64,000 nt of DNA from a virus: positions 1 through 64,000 of the IMG/VR virus record IMGVR_UViG_3300045988_063800; one strand, 5' to 3'. Positions 51,341-59,888 of this stretch are shown here, piece by piece. The position numbers were made by a program, and so were the translations under genes. The notes beneath the pieces were generated by a model that ran no database searches, was not told the origin of the DNA, and was given only the letters and a program-made list of their open reading frames with translations. Every line of letters begins with the position of its first letter. The stretch's first letter is position 1.

Positions 51341-51561
51341 GCAAAAACAGATACCGCAACAAAGCGCCCTACTCCACCCTGCATCCCGACGCAAGACATT
51401 GGACTCGCAAGGGCAGTTCGTGGAAGCAGAAGGTTGCCTACGATACCGAGGATGAGGCATGGGAGTTTCTTGAGCAGAACCCGAAGCTGAAAACAATGGG
51501 AGAACGTCCGTATTTCTGCGAACTGTGCTCTAAGTGGCATATCGGAAGGTTGCACAAATAA
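51337..51561 (+). CDS. small hypothetical protein
   Basis: ATG at 51337 overlapping the MTase stop (ATATGA). The C-terminal FCELCSKWH is zinc-knuckle-like. Confidence 0.5.
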   Translation: MSKNRYRNKAPYSTLHPDARHWTRKGSSWKQKVAYDTEDEAWEFLEQNPKLKTMGERPYFCELCSKWHIGRLHK

Positions 51562-51572
51562 ATATTGAGGAT

Positions 51573-51905
51573 ATGAACGTGAAAAGATGGTTGAATGACT
51601 GGAGTGCAGAAATGTGTTTTTTATCACTTTTTGCCTTAGCGGTTTTAATCTTTGGTTTTGTTATTTGGCAAAGTGAAAAATACAAGAACGGCGGATTTGT
51701 TAAAGACGATACGGTATGGTATTCTGCAACCATTGTTATCCATTGCCATGACAAAGCGGATAGCATAAACATCCGTACATGCAGGGTTCCGTATGTTCGT
51801 GTCGGGAGAGGGTGGAATAGCTTGAACTATACAGATTCGTTAGGGTATCATTATATCAAATCTATTGCGCCAATAGAAATAGTTGACATAGTTAAAATAA
51901 AATAG
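51573..51905 (+). CDS. membrane-anchored hypothetical protein
   Basis: ATG at 51573 (MNVKRWLNDW). It has one TM. Confidence 0.5.
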   Translation: MNVKRWLNDWSAEMCFLSLFALAVLIFGFVIWQSEKYKNGGFVKDDTVWYSATIVIHCHDKADSINIRTCRVPYVRVGRGWNSLNYTDSLGYHYIKSIAPIEIVDIVKIK

Positions 51906-51912
51906 TTGAGAT

Positions 51913-52275
51913 ATGAAGAAGTTTTTATTATTTGCATTATTTGCATTAGTTGCGGTGGTGTCGCTATTGGCATCGTTTAGCAGGAGTCAGATATTCCAAG
52001 GAGGCAATCGTAAGTTGTACGACACTATTACGGTTTACTCTGTCGATAAAATCGTAGAAACGTCTGGTAACAAAGAGTCGTTTGGTACAGAGACATATTA
52101 TCTTGTGGCTACAGATAAGGGAGCGTATCGTATAGATTTGTATGGAGTCTGGGGTAATGCCCAACTCGTTGGAGTTATAAAACAAGGTAGGACATATATC
52201 GTTAAAACACAATGGTTTGATGCTCCAATCATTAAGGAATACAAGCGTATAACTAAGCTAATTCGTGAATTATGA
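51913..52275 (+). CDS. secreted hypothetical protein
   Basis: 120 aa with signal-like MKKFLLFALFALVAVVSLLA. Confidence 0.55.
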   Translation: MKKFLLFALFALVAVVSLLASFSRSQIFQGGNRKLYDTITVYSVDKIVETSGNKESFGTETYYLVATDKGAYRIDLYGVWGNAQLVGVIKQGRTYIVKTQWFDAPIIKEYKRITKLIREL

Positions 52276-52703
52276 AGAAGAAAGGATATTACGAATATAC
52301 ACCGCAGATTTACCCAAGGAAACTTTGGGTGATGTACAATACGTCGGAAGAAGAAATAGACAAATGCTTTACCAACATGAAAGGCGAGCCTCTTGTTCAC
52401 AACGGCGAGCCTATGAGTGAAGGAAACTACGGAGGTATGGTTTATGACGAATGTATGAGTAAGGCAGGGAAATACTTCGGCAATCTCGTTGTCTTTCCAA
52501 AGAAGAGCGATATGACTATGAAAAATATCTGTCATGAGGCGTATCATGTTCTATCGTCTATCAACGATGCGTGCGATTTGGAAAGGATGTATAACGGCAG
52601 AAATGAGCACCAGGCATACCTTATGGGTTGGATATGTAATTGCATCAACAATGCTCGTTTGGGAGTCGGTGATTTTATAGAAATCAAAGACAAGGAGGAG
52701 TAG
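52272..52703 (+). CDS. hypothetical protein with HExxH motif
   Basis: 143 aa. ICHEAYHVL could be a minimal zinc-peptidase motif. Confidence 0.5.
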   Translation: MKKKGYYEYTPQIYPRKLWVMYNTSEEEIDKCFTNMKGEPLVHNGEPMSEGNYGGMVYDECMSKAGKYFGNLVVFPKKSDMTMKNICHEAYHVLSSINDACDLERMYNGRNEHQAYLMGWICNCINNARLGVGDFIEIKDKEE

Positions 52704-52706
52704 CTT

Positions 52707-53057
52707 ATGGATAAAAATGAGAAATTAAAACTTGGTGACATTTACCTTGCGCCCATAGAGTTTTTTCTAAATAATTCCGTCGGAAAGCTAAAGCAGCAAA
52801 TAGAAAGTTATGCGGAAGTCAGAGAGGACGGAATGGTTATATGCTCGGTTATTGAGGATATGGATTCTGTTTTTCCACACAAATCGGAATATACAATAGC
52901 AGTTAAGCAAAAAAGGTTTGCACCTCCAATTAGGGCTTATGTAAATAAGGACTGTGACTTAGAGTGTTTTAAGCAACTTTCGGAAGCAGAAATGAAAGTT
53001 TACGGTGTGCTTTTGTATTATTTTGGGGGTTTAATTGCAGAAGGATATAGCTTATGA
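52707..53057 (+). CDS. hypothetical protein
   Basis: 116-aa track ORF. The start lies in a TAGCTTATG junction. Confidence 0.5.
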   Translation: MDKNEKLKLGDIYLAPIEFFLNNSVGKLKQQIESYAEVREDGMVICSVIEDMDSVFPHKSEYTIAVKQKRFAPPIRAYVNKDCDLECFKQLSEAEMKVYGVLLYYFGGLIAEGYSL

Positions 53058-53404
53058 AACCGATTATAGTAATTGTAATTCCTTTGGGAATGTACATTGA
53101 TAGAGAAATCACAGAACCTTATGGTTATGATTTGTTCTATGGAGACAAAAATATCGAAACTCAGTGGAAAAAACTTGAAGAACTTCGAGAAACGGGTGGC
53201 GTTATTATAGTTCAACCAAGCTACAATAGCGCGATTCGCGAATTGTTGGATCCTTGCATTGGTGATGATGGTTTTATTAAGGATTGTGGATTGCATACGG
53301 TTCACACAAAAGAACATGGCAATTTCTATTTTCTCCTTTTTTATAACCCACAAAATAATATTATGGCCGACAGAGCTTTTCGTATGATGAATAACAAAAA
53401 ATAA
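53054..53404 (+). CDS. hypothetical protein
   Basis: 116-aa track ORF. The start lies in a TAGCTTATG junction. Confidence 0.5.
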   Translation: MKPIIVIVIPLGMYIDREITEPYGYDLFYGDKNIETQWKKLEELRETGGVIIVQPSYNSAIRELLDPCIGDDGFIKDCGLHTVHTKEHGNFYFLLFYNPQNNIMADRAFRMMNNKK

Positions 53405-53411
53405 ATAGCTT

Positions 53412-53555
53412 ATGATTACATATATCCCATACATCCCAATAGCACTACCGCAAACTCATTACGGAGGCGGAACAGTTATTCCTCTATATGTGTTGCTTGC
53501 CGTATATATTGCGATTCTTGTGTATACAATAATAGAATTTTACAAAAATAAATAG
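53412..53555 (+). CDS. small membrane protein (47 aa)
   Basis: Hand-translated as MITYIPYIPIALPQTHYGGGTVIPLYVLLAVYIAILVYTIIEFYKNK. The start lies in a TAGCTTATG junction. Confidence 0.35.
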   Translation: MITYIPYIPIALPQTHYGGGTVIPLYVLLAVYIAILVYTIIEFYKNK

Positions 53556-53558
53556 CTT

Positions 53559-53963
53559 ATGATAGAGAAGTCAAGGATAAAAAAGAGGCTGATATTCTGG
53601 AATGACTGCGAGGCCGATGTGCAAATTCCCAATAGTAAAATCCTTCAAAAGATTCCTATGGGTTTGATGCAAATAGAAGAATTTGAGAACAACAATCTTG
53701 TTACATGCTCTTTTTATAGCAAAGAGGTGTTTTGTTCTCAAGCTGTTCTTACTGTTGATTACATTGAGAAACATACAACAGAAATTACGCTTGACGATAC
53801 CGACTGGCAGGAGATGGTAGATTTGCACAACACTATCGCTTTTGAAAGGACTAAGGATCATGATTGGTCTGCAAAAGTTCCTGACAGCCTAAAAGAGCGT
53901 GTAAACAACTTCTTTTGCCGTGATTTCTATCAAAAATACAACATAAAGGAAGATAGCGTATGA
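53559..53963 (+). CDS. hypothetical protein
   Basis: 134-aa track ORF. The start lies in a TAGCTTATG junction. Confidence 0.5.
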   Translation: MIEKSRIKKRLIFWNDCEADVQIPNSKILQKIPMGLMQIEEFENNNLVTCSFYSKEVFCSQAVLTVDYIEKHTTEITLDDTDWQEMVDLHNTIAFERTKDHDWSAKVPDSLKERVNNFFCRDFYQKYNIKEDSV

Positions 53964-54205
53964 TTAAGAAAGGAGATGAAGATATGAGAAATTTTGGAAA
54001 GGAACTTCCCCTGATGCAAGGGATGATTAAGGCGAAAGATGCAATAGACGGTGCAACACCATTGGAAATCATGGAAGCCCTCACCGCTTTCGCATGTGTG
54101 ACCATTGGAGAAGTCGCTGAAAAAGTGGAATGGTCACGCGAAGATGTGCGTGACAAATTGTTCGCTGCTATAAACCATACATTGAACGCCGATATTTTCG
54201 AGTAA
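53960..54205 (+). CDS. hypothetical protein
   Basis: 81-aa track ORF with an ATGA overlap. Confidence 0.45.
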   Translation: MIKKGDEDMRNFGKELPLMQGMIKAKDAIDGATPLEIMEALTAFACVTIGEVAEKVEWSREDVRDKLFAAINHTLNADIFE

Positions 54206-54215
54206 CGTATTGGAT

Positions 54216-54572
54216 ATGGGAAAGACAGTAGAGGAATTAAGCAGCTCGCCCCCACAAACATTGTGGGATGAGGCTGCCGGCAACAGGTACTTATTTGCAC
54301 TCGGGCAAATCAAGAGAGGTGACATCTTCTTTTTGAACGAAGAAATAACCAAAGTCAAGGATGGCTGGTTCTTGCATAAGTGCGGCGAGGATCTTGGCAA
54401 TGCGGAGTGGTTTAGTCGCATTCCCATCCCAACTCCATTTCATCTAAGCGTACAAAGAGAATATACGAGGTTGCGCAGTACCTACGAAATATATGCCGAC
54501 TGCACAGCTTCTGGAGACATCGAGGTTTTTATTAGTACACCTCTTATTTTGAAATATTTGGCTAAACTATAA
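54216..54572 (+). CDS. hypothetical protein
   Basis: Track ORF 54210-54572, with the first ATG at 54216. Confidence 0.5.
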   Translation: MGKTVEELSSSPPQTLWDEAAGNRYLFALGQIKRGDIFFLNEEITKVKDGWFLHKCGEDLGNAEWFSRIPIPTPFHLSVQREYTRLRSTYEIYADCTASGDIEVFISTPLILKYLAKL

Positions 54573-54576
54573 ACAC

Positions 54577-54735
54577 ATGCCAGATAAATGTAAGTACAAG
54601 TGCAAAGACTGCGTGATGTTTGCAGATGAAGATGCAGACAGCGCACCCTATTGCCTCGCCAAAGACCTCTACACGTTCGTTATGGGCGAAGATGAGGCTT
54701 GCGAGGAGCTTGTAAAGTGGAACGGTAAAAAATAA
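54577..54735 (+). CDS. small Cys-rich protein (52 aa)
   Basis: Hand-translated as MPDKCKYKCKDCVMFADEDADSAPYCLAKDLYTFVMGEDEACEELVKWNGKK. Confidence 0.4.
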   Translation: MPDKCKYKCKDCVMFADEDADSAPYCLAKDLYTFVMGEDEACEELVKWNGKK

Positions 54736-54749
54736 TAAACAAAAACAAA

Positions 54750-55271
54750 ATGGAAAGAGAGAAGATAGTAATAGAACTTTGTGGCGGCAGGATGCCCGAA
54801 AAAGCATTTGGTGACGATGCAGCTTATGATGTGTTCACAAAGGAAGACGTGAAGGTGTACGATTGGAACCGATGCGTGATACCTCTCGGCTTCAAGATAC
54901 AGCTCCCGAAACACCTCGCTGCGGTGATACAGCCAAGAAGCGGTATGTCTTCCAAGGGCTTGTACGCCCGAAGAGAGCACTTCAAAGGAGAGTTTGTCGA
55001 TGTCCGCATTGATGCCGACGTGAAAATCGGCTTGATAGACAGCGGTTACACTGGCGAGGTTACGGCAATCGTAAAAACCTTTGGAATAGGCAGCTATCTG
55101 TCAAATAAGATTATTATCCCTGCCGGCACAAAGATAGCACAGATGCGCATTGTGGAGATACCGAATACGGAGCTTGTGAGCGGCGTTATCAAGAAAGAAG
55201 AAAACGACGACAAAGAAAATGGCGACAAGAAGCGTGGCGACAACGGTTTTAATTCAACAGGAGTAAAATAA
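54750..55271 (+). CDS. dut: dUTP diphosphatase (trimeric dUTPase)
   Basis: DAAYDV, IQPRSGMSSKG, GLIDSGYTGEV and the C-terminal RGDNGFNSTG correspond to dUTPase motifs I-V. Confidence 0.9.
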   Translation: MEREKIVIELCGGRMPEKAFGDDAAYDVFTKEDVKVYDWNRCVIPLGFKIQLPKHLAAVIQPRSGMSSKGLYARREHFKGEFVDVRIDADVKIGLIDSGYTGEVTAIVKTFGIGSYLSNKIIIPAGTKIAQMRIVEIPNTELVSGVIKKEENDDKENGDKKRGDNGFNSTGVK

Positions 55272-55272
55272 T

Positions 55273-55782
55273 ATGGCAAACAAGACATACATCGGCATAG
55301 ACCCTGGCTCAAAGGGTTTCATAGCAGTAATGCACCCTGACGGCACGCGTGAGTATTGCTCCTTGCAGGACCGCGATTATCACGATATTGCGCTGTTTCT
55401 GAAAAACATCAAGACGGTGTGTGAGGAAAATTGCGTGTGCTGTATGGAGGAGATACACGCCATCTTCGGTTCGTCGGCAAAGTCCACGTTCTCGTTCGGA
55501 GAAACGTTCGGAGTACTGCAAGGTCTGTTGATTGCGCTTGAGATACCCTATCATCTTGTACCTCCGAAGACTTGGCAGAAGGAGATTTGGATAAACCATG
55601 ATAAGGTTGTCAAGAACAGCGGCGAAAAGAAAAGCACTAACACCAAGGCCACATCCATCAATGCCGCAAGACGATTGTTCCCGACCGAAGATTTTAGGCG
55701 TACGAGCAAGGACAAAAGCGCGGATGATAACAAGTGCGATGCAACGCTGATATGCGAATACGGGCGAAGGAAATGCCTTTAA
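55273..55782 (+). CDS. RuvC-like Holliday-junction resolvase
   Basis: YIGIDPGSKGFIAV (catalytic Asp), MEEIH (Glu) and the C-terminal NKCDATLI are typical of phage RuvC-like nucleases. Confidence 0.75.
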   Translation: MANKTYIGIDPGSKGFIAVMHPDGTREYCSLQDRDYHDIALFLKNIKTVCEENCVCCMEEIHAIFGSSAKSTFSFGETFGVLQGLLIALEIPYHLVPPKTWQKEIWINHDKVVKNSGEKKSTNTKATSINAARRLFPTEDFRRTSKDKSADDNKCDATLICEYGRRKCL

Positions 55783-55819
55783 AGAAGATAAAACATTGTT
55801 TAACTAAATAAGTATAGAT

Positions 55820-56233
55820 ATGGATTTTGGAAAGAAGTTATATTGCGGCAATTTTGTGGTTACAAAGAAGTCGCGCAGTCTAAGTAAGCAGGAGTTGAAG
55901 GAACTCCGCGACAAGGAAGGTATCCGTGAGGATGTCCGCAAGCATCTGACACGAGGCTCGCTTCCGTACATTTGCGTCGAAACGGTCGGCGGCGGATGGA
56001 AGGTGGAGTTTGGCATCGGCACGACGATGTTCGAAGCAATCGACGCGCTCGGCATGGTTCGTGACGAGAAAGGCGATTGGCGCACTCACGGAACGGAAGG
56101 CAAGAACGCAGAGGCTATCTTTACCGGCATGTTCGTTGATACTACCGTTGTCGGTGATGCGGAGTACCAGACAGCAAAGATGAAAGCCATGAGCGAGTAT
56201 ATCGAACGAAACACAAAGCAGGATAAGGAATAA
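55820..56233 (+). CDS. hypothetical protein
   Basis: 137-aa track ORF. Confidence 0.55.
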   Translation: MDFGKKLYCGNFVVTKKSRSLSKQELKELRDKEGIREDVRKHLTRGSLPYICVETVGGGWKVEFGIGTTMFEAIDALGMVRDEKGDWRTHGTEGKNAEAIFTGMFVDTTVVGDAEYQTAKMKAMSEYIERNTKQDKE

Positions 56234-56235
56234 AT

Positions 56236-56757
56236 ATGGCGGACAGAAAGACAGAGAAGCTTTCGGCTAAGATGAAGTCGGAGGCGGTCGGCTTGGGTCT
56301 GTGCCAGCAATGGACTGACGAATGGGCCGACGGCACGTCGAAAGACGAGCTTGTCGAGAAGTTTGTCAGAGGCATTGACTTCTGCATAGAACACAACTTT
56401 CCGTCGTGCGAAGTGATACGGAAGGAGTTCGGAGATGTCATTCACGACCACGGCGTGTACGTGGACGAGAACGTGCTTGCGGACGACAAGCCGACGGTGA
56501 TATTAAACGGAGAGTGCGTCGCAGGACTGACCTACTCCGGCAAGAGCTGCGGCGACATATATGTAAGGCATGACTGCGAGGCGACTGTATTTGTAAACGG
56601 CCTTGCGAGAGCGTTTATCAACATGTACGACAATGCGGAGGTGGAAGTGTATTGCGAAGAGGGTGCAAAGGCTTTCGTCTATCTGCACGGCGGCAGGGTC
56701 AGAAAGACGCGAGGTGATGTCACAATTAGAGAAAAACACAAGGAGAAGGAAGAATGA
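56236..56757 (+). CDS. hypothetical protein
   Basis: 173-aa track ORF. Confidence 0.55.
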   Translation: MADRKTEKLSAKMKSEAVGLGLCQQWTDEWADGTSKDELVEKFVRGIDFCIEHNFPSCEVIRKEFGDVIHDHGVYVDENVLADDKPTVILNGECVAGLTYSGKSCGDIYVRHDCEATVFVNGLARAFINMYDNAEVEVYCEEGAKAFVYLHGGRVRKTRGDVTIREKHKEKEE

Positions 56758-58322
56758 AAAGAAGTAGTGGTGAGGCGATAGATTCGCTGTACGGGCAGTT
56801 GAAGGCGTTGAGTGCAGACGCGAAGTACGGCTTCGGTATGTACAGAACCGACTGGGGCAAGGTAAACAGCGAGAGCTGGAACAGGCTCCTGGTGGGCTTT
56901 TGCAAGAGTATCAGGGAACTTGCCAAGGACTGCCCTGTAAAATATTTTGCAGGAGCGTTCTATACGTTCAACGGAAAGATATACGAGGTGGTTGAGCCGA
57001 TTGTTGTGGAACAGGCTTACCAGTTGCTTATGGAGGACTTGTTCATAGCACCCGTGCTCGGTCGTTCCACAATCAGAAAGGAGTCGTTCATCGACACAAT
57101 CAAGAACTACAACGTGCTTGTTCCGCAGTTCGATGTTGTGGCGTTCGCCAACGGTGTCGTTGACTTCGGTCTTGCGCGTGTGGCTCCTACGGCGATGCCA
57201 TTCTCTCCGCATTATCATGTGACTTACTATCATCCGTACAACTTCGATCCGAAAGCGAAGTGCAAGAAATGGGAGAGATTTCTGCTTGATGTGCTGCCCG
57301 ACAAGGACTCGCGTGACATCTTGCAGATGTTCATGGGACTCGGCTTGGTGCAGCGCGGCGACGCATACAACCCGTATGAGGGAAAGATGTCCGACAAGAT
57401 AGAGCTGTGCCTTATGCTTATCGGTAGCGGAGCAAACGGAAAGAGTGTGATATTCGAGGTTATGTGCGCCCTGTTCGGCAAAGACCGCATATCAAAAATG
57501 GACTATGCGGAGCTTACTGCTGACGGTGACGAGGGCATGAGAGGGCGCTACCCTATCCGTAACGCCATCTTCAACTGGTCTTCCGACTCCGACCCGAAGA
57601 AGTTCGGACGCAAGAATACGGGCATGTTCAAGAGGCTTGTGAGCGGAGAGCCCGTACCGTACAGAAAGCTGGGCGAGAACGTACTGGAGTCAAAGAGCCT
57701 TCCATACCTCATCTTCAATCTCAACGAGCTTCCGTTCCCCGAGGATGTCACGCTCGGCTTTATCCGGCGCTTGCAGTATGTCAGCTTCGACGTTACAATC
57801 CCCAAGGAGAAGCAGAACCCGCGTCTTGCGGCGGAGATTATCAAGGAGGAGCTTTCTGGTGTGTTCAACTGGGTTCTTAAAGGCGAGCGTATGTTGAGAG
57901 AGCGTAAGTTTCAGTTTCCGTCTGCGGAAGGTTCGCGCAAGCAGCTCATTCTTTCATATCTCGGCACACAGCCCGTGCTGGCATGGCTAAAGGCGTATGA
58001 GATACGCTGTGACAAGGGAACGAAGGGCGAGATACCAGTTTGGATAAACGCCAAGACGCTGTATGACAGCTTCAGACAGTTCTGTGAGGATAACAATCTT
58101 GAGGAAAAGGAGATACCATCACAGCAAAAGTTTGGCAGAGTGATGTGGAACTCATGCAAGTTCTACAAGAAGCGCACGCCAAGCGGAGTTATCTACGAGA
58201 CATACGGCATCACGGAAGCAGACCTTGCGGAGCACTTCCTTATATCCAACATGAAGAGCGCGGAAGAGACGCAGGAATACAGCTTTATCAAGGACGACCT
58301 GCCTGCAAAGAAAGAAGAGTAA
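56754..58322 (+). CDS. P4/D5-family DNA primase-helicase (SF3 NTPase)
   Basis: 522 aa with Walker A LIGSGANGKSV. The length and context match the phage/plasmid primase P4-family C-terminal domain. Confidence 0.8.
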   Translation: MKRSSGEAIDSLYGQLKALSADAKYGFGMYRTDWGKVNSESWNRLLVGFCKSIRELAKDCPVKYFAGAFYTFNGKIYEVVEPIVVEQAYQLLMEDLFIAPVLGRSTIRKESFIDTIKNYNVLVPQFDVVAFANGVVDFGLARVAPTAMPFSPHYHVTYYHPYNFDPKAKCKKWERFLLDVLPDKDSRDILQMFMGLGLVQRGDAYNPYEGKMSDKIELCLMLIGSGANGKSVIFEVMCALFGKDRISKMDYAELTADGDEGMRGRYPIRNAIFNWSSDSDPKKFGRKNTGMFKRLVSGEPVPYRKLGENVLESKSLPYLIFNLNELPFPEDVTLGFIRRLQYVSFDVTIPKEKQNPRLAAEIIKEELSGVFNWVLKGERMLRERKFQFPSAEGSRKQLILSYLGTQPVLAWLKAYEIRCDKGTKGEIPVWINAKTLYDSFRQFCEDNNLEEKEIPSQQKFGRVMWNSCKFYKKRTPSGVIYETYGITEADLAEHFLISNMKSAEETQEYSFIKDDLPAKKEE

Positions 58323-58334
58323 ACAGAGATAGTT

Positions 58335-58523
58335 ATGGAAGAGTGTATCATTAAAATCATCGAAGATAAGTATGCTCTCGAAATGGGCCTGCGTATCATC
58401 ATGGAGACGGCAGAAAGAAAGGCACTTCCAGAAGAGGTTTTTCTGCCGACCTTCAATGACAGTTTGATTGAAGAAACGTTCATGGCGACGCTTGAAAAGG
58501 TTGCCGGCAAGAAGTACAAGTAG
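58335..58523 (+). CDS. small hypothetical protein
   Basis: 62-aa track ORF. It is the last gene of the + block. Confidence 0.45.
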   Translation: MEECIIKIIEDKYALEMGLRIIMETAERKALPEEVFLPTFNDSLIEETFMATLEKVAGKKYK

Positions 58524-58574
58524 AAACAGGAATAGCCTTGCAGCAAAGAGATTACTGCAAGGCTATTCCTGTAT

Positions 58575-59084
58575 TTATTTATCTTTCTTGTTTTTATAAA
58601 GAAGGCAATTTTTACACGAAGTGGGATAGTTGATTGGTAAATAGTAGTGACAAGTATTGTTCTCCACATCTATCTCATCCTGCTTGATTTTGTTATAGTC
58701 CGCCTCAAGCGACACAATCTTCAGCCAGTCAGGAGAGCCTTTCTTGGCTTTCTTTTCAGCAGCTACCAGCTTGCGCAGGATGGATTCCTTTGAAGTTTCC
58801 TTTGCAAGTTCCTCCGCGGTTATCTCGTCGTTCTTCGGCGAGTTTGTGCCCTGTACATCCGCAATGCGCGCCTGAACTGAGTCGAGTGCTTCGAGCTTCT
58901 CAATCTCGCGAAGCAGTTCAGCTTTGGCCCAGTTTAGGCCCTGGCCTTGGAAAGCTACATTCCAAGCGTCGCCTTTACCCCAACCTGCCGCACGCAGGTC
59001 GGCATATATAAGATATGAAATATCCGCCATGTTGTACTGCTTTTTCAACTTGTACATATAGGCAGACAATGTGTATTCTGACAT
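58575..59084 (-). CDS. hypothetical protein downstream of the head-morphogenesis gene
   Basis: 169-aa track ORF with C-terminal CHYY...CKNC cysteines. Confidence 0.55.
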   Translation of the reverse strand: MSEYTLSAYMYKLKKQYNMADISYLIYADLRAAGWGKGDAWNVAFQGQGLNWAKAELLREIEKLEALDSVQARIADVQGTNSPKNDEITAEELAKETSKESILRKLVAAEKKAKKGSPDWLKIVSLEADYNKIKQDEIDVENNTCHYYLPINYPTSCKNCLLYKNKKDK

Positions 59085-59086
59085 AA

Positions 59087-59845
59087 TTACTCCTCCTCTT
59101 TTTTGTAAACAAATTTAACATAGCAAACGCACCTGTAGTGCAGTGGTGGGAACGGATCTCCGAAGTGGTGCAGATACGTCGTCTCATCATCGCAGTGCGC
59201 GCACGGATACGAACTTCCTCGAAAGATATAGTAGCCTATCGCCCCATGTTCCTTGCCGTACTGCTGTTCAGCTCTACCCCATGCGACGGCTACCATTTGT
59301 CGCGCGTTGCGGGCGATGTTCTGATACGCCGAATGAAATATGCCCTTGCCGTATGAAGGCGTGGCGATGTTTATATCCTCCTTTCTTGCCTTCGTGATTA
59401 CGGATGTGGTGTACGGGTCCTTATATCCAGTACGTATTGCGGACATGAGCTGCGAGTCGGTGTATTTCATCAATACGCCAGCCTTGCACATACGCACCAT
59501 GTCCTCCGCAAAGTTTTTCAGATAACTGGTGGTTCGCTCCATTGATGTCTTGCCGAACACCTTTGACACAAGAAAGTCTCCCGTGTTCTTCGTGCCGATG
59601 TTCAATACCGAGCACGCGGTCTTAGCACAGACGGCGATGTCGCTTTCTATTCCGTCAGCAACGCCTAACGCAATGCGCTGCGAGGCTGCAATAAACCCGT
59701 TCTCGTTTGTCAGTGTCGCTCCCCTCCTGTATTTGGAAGCGAGCGACACTATCTCACGGGCAACCTTAAACAGTCGCTTCTGTACGCGCGACTCGCAGGC
59801 TATCTGCGCTTTCGTTCTGTTAAGTGCGTATTCTCGTGACTCCAT
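59087..59845 (-). CDS. Mu-F-like / SPP1 gp7-like minor head (morphogenesis) protein
   Basis: The C-terminal YPCAHCDDETTY...PFPPLHYRCVCYV is the Phage_Mu_F signature. The gene follows the portal. Confidence 0.8.
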   Translation of the reverse strand: MESREYALNRTKAQIACESRVQKRLFKVAREIVSLASKYRRGATLTNENGFIAASQRIALGVADGIESDIAVCAKTACSVLNIGTKNTGDFLVSKVFGKTSMERTTSYLKNFAEDMVRMCKAGVLMKYTDSQLMSAIRTGYKDPYTTSVITKARKEDINIATPSYGKGIFHSAYQNIARNARQMVAVAWGRAEQQYGKEHGAIGYYIFRGSSYPCAHCDDETTYLHHFGDPFPPLHYRCVCYVKFVYKKEEE

Positions 59846-59888
59846 AAATTCACATTATCCATTTATTCGTATTTTTATGCAGTATTTT

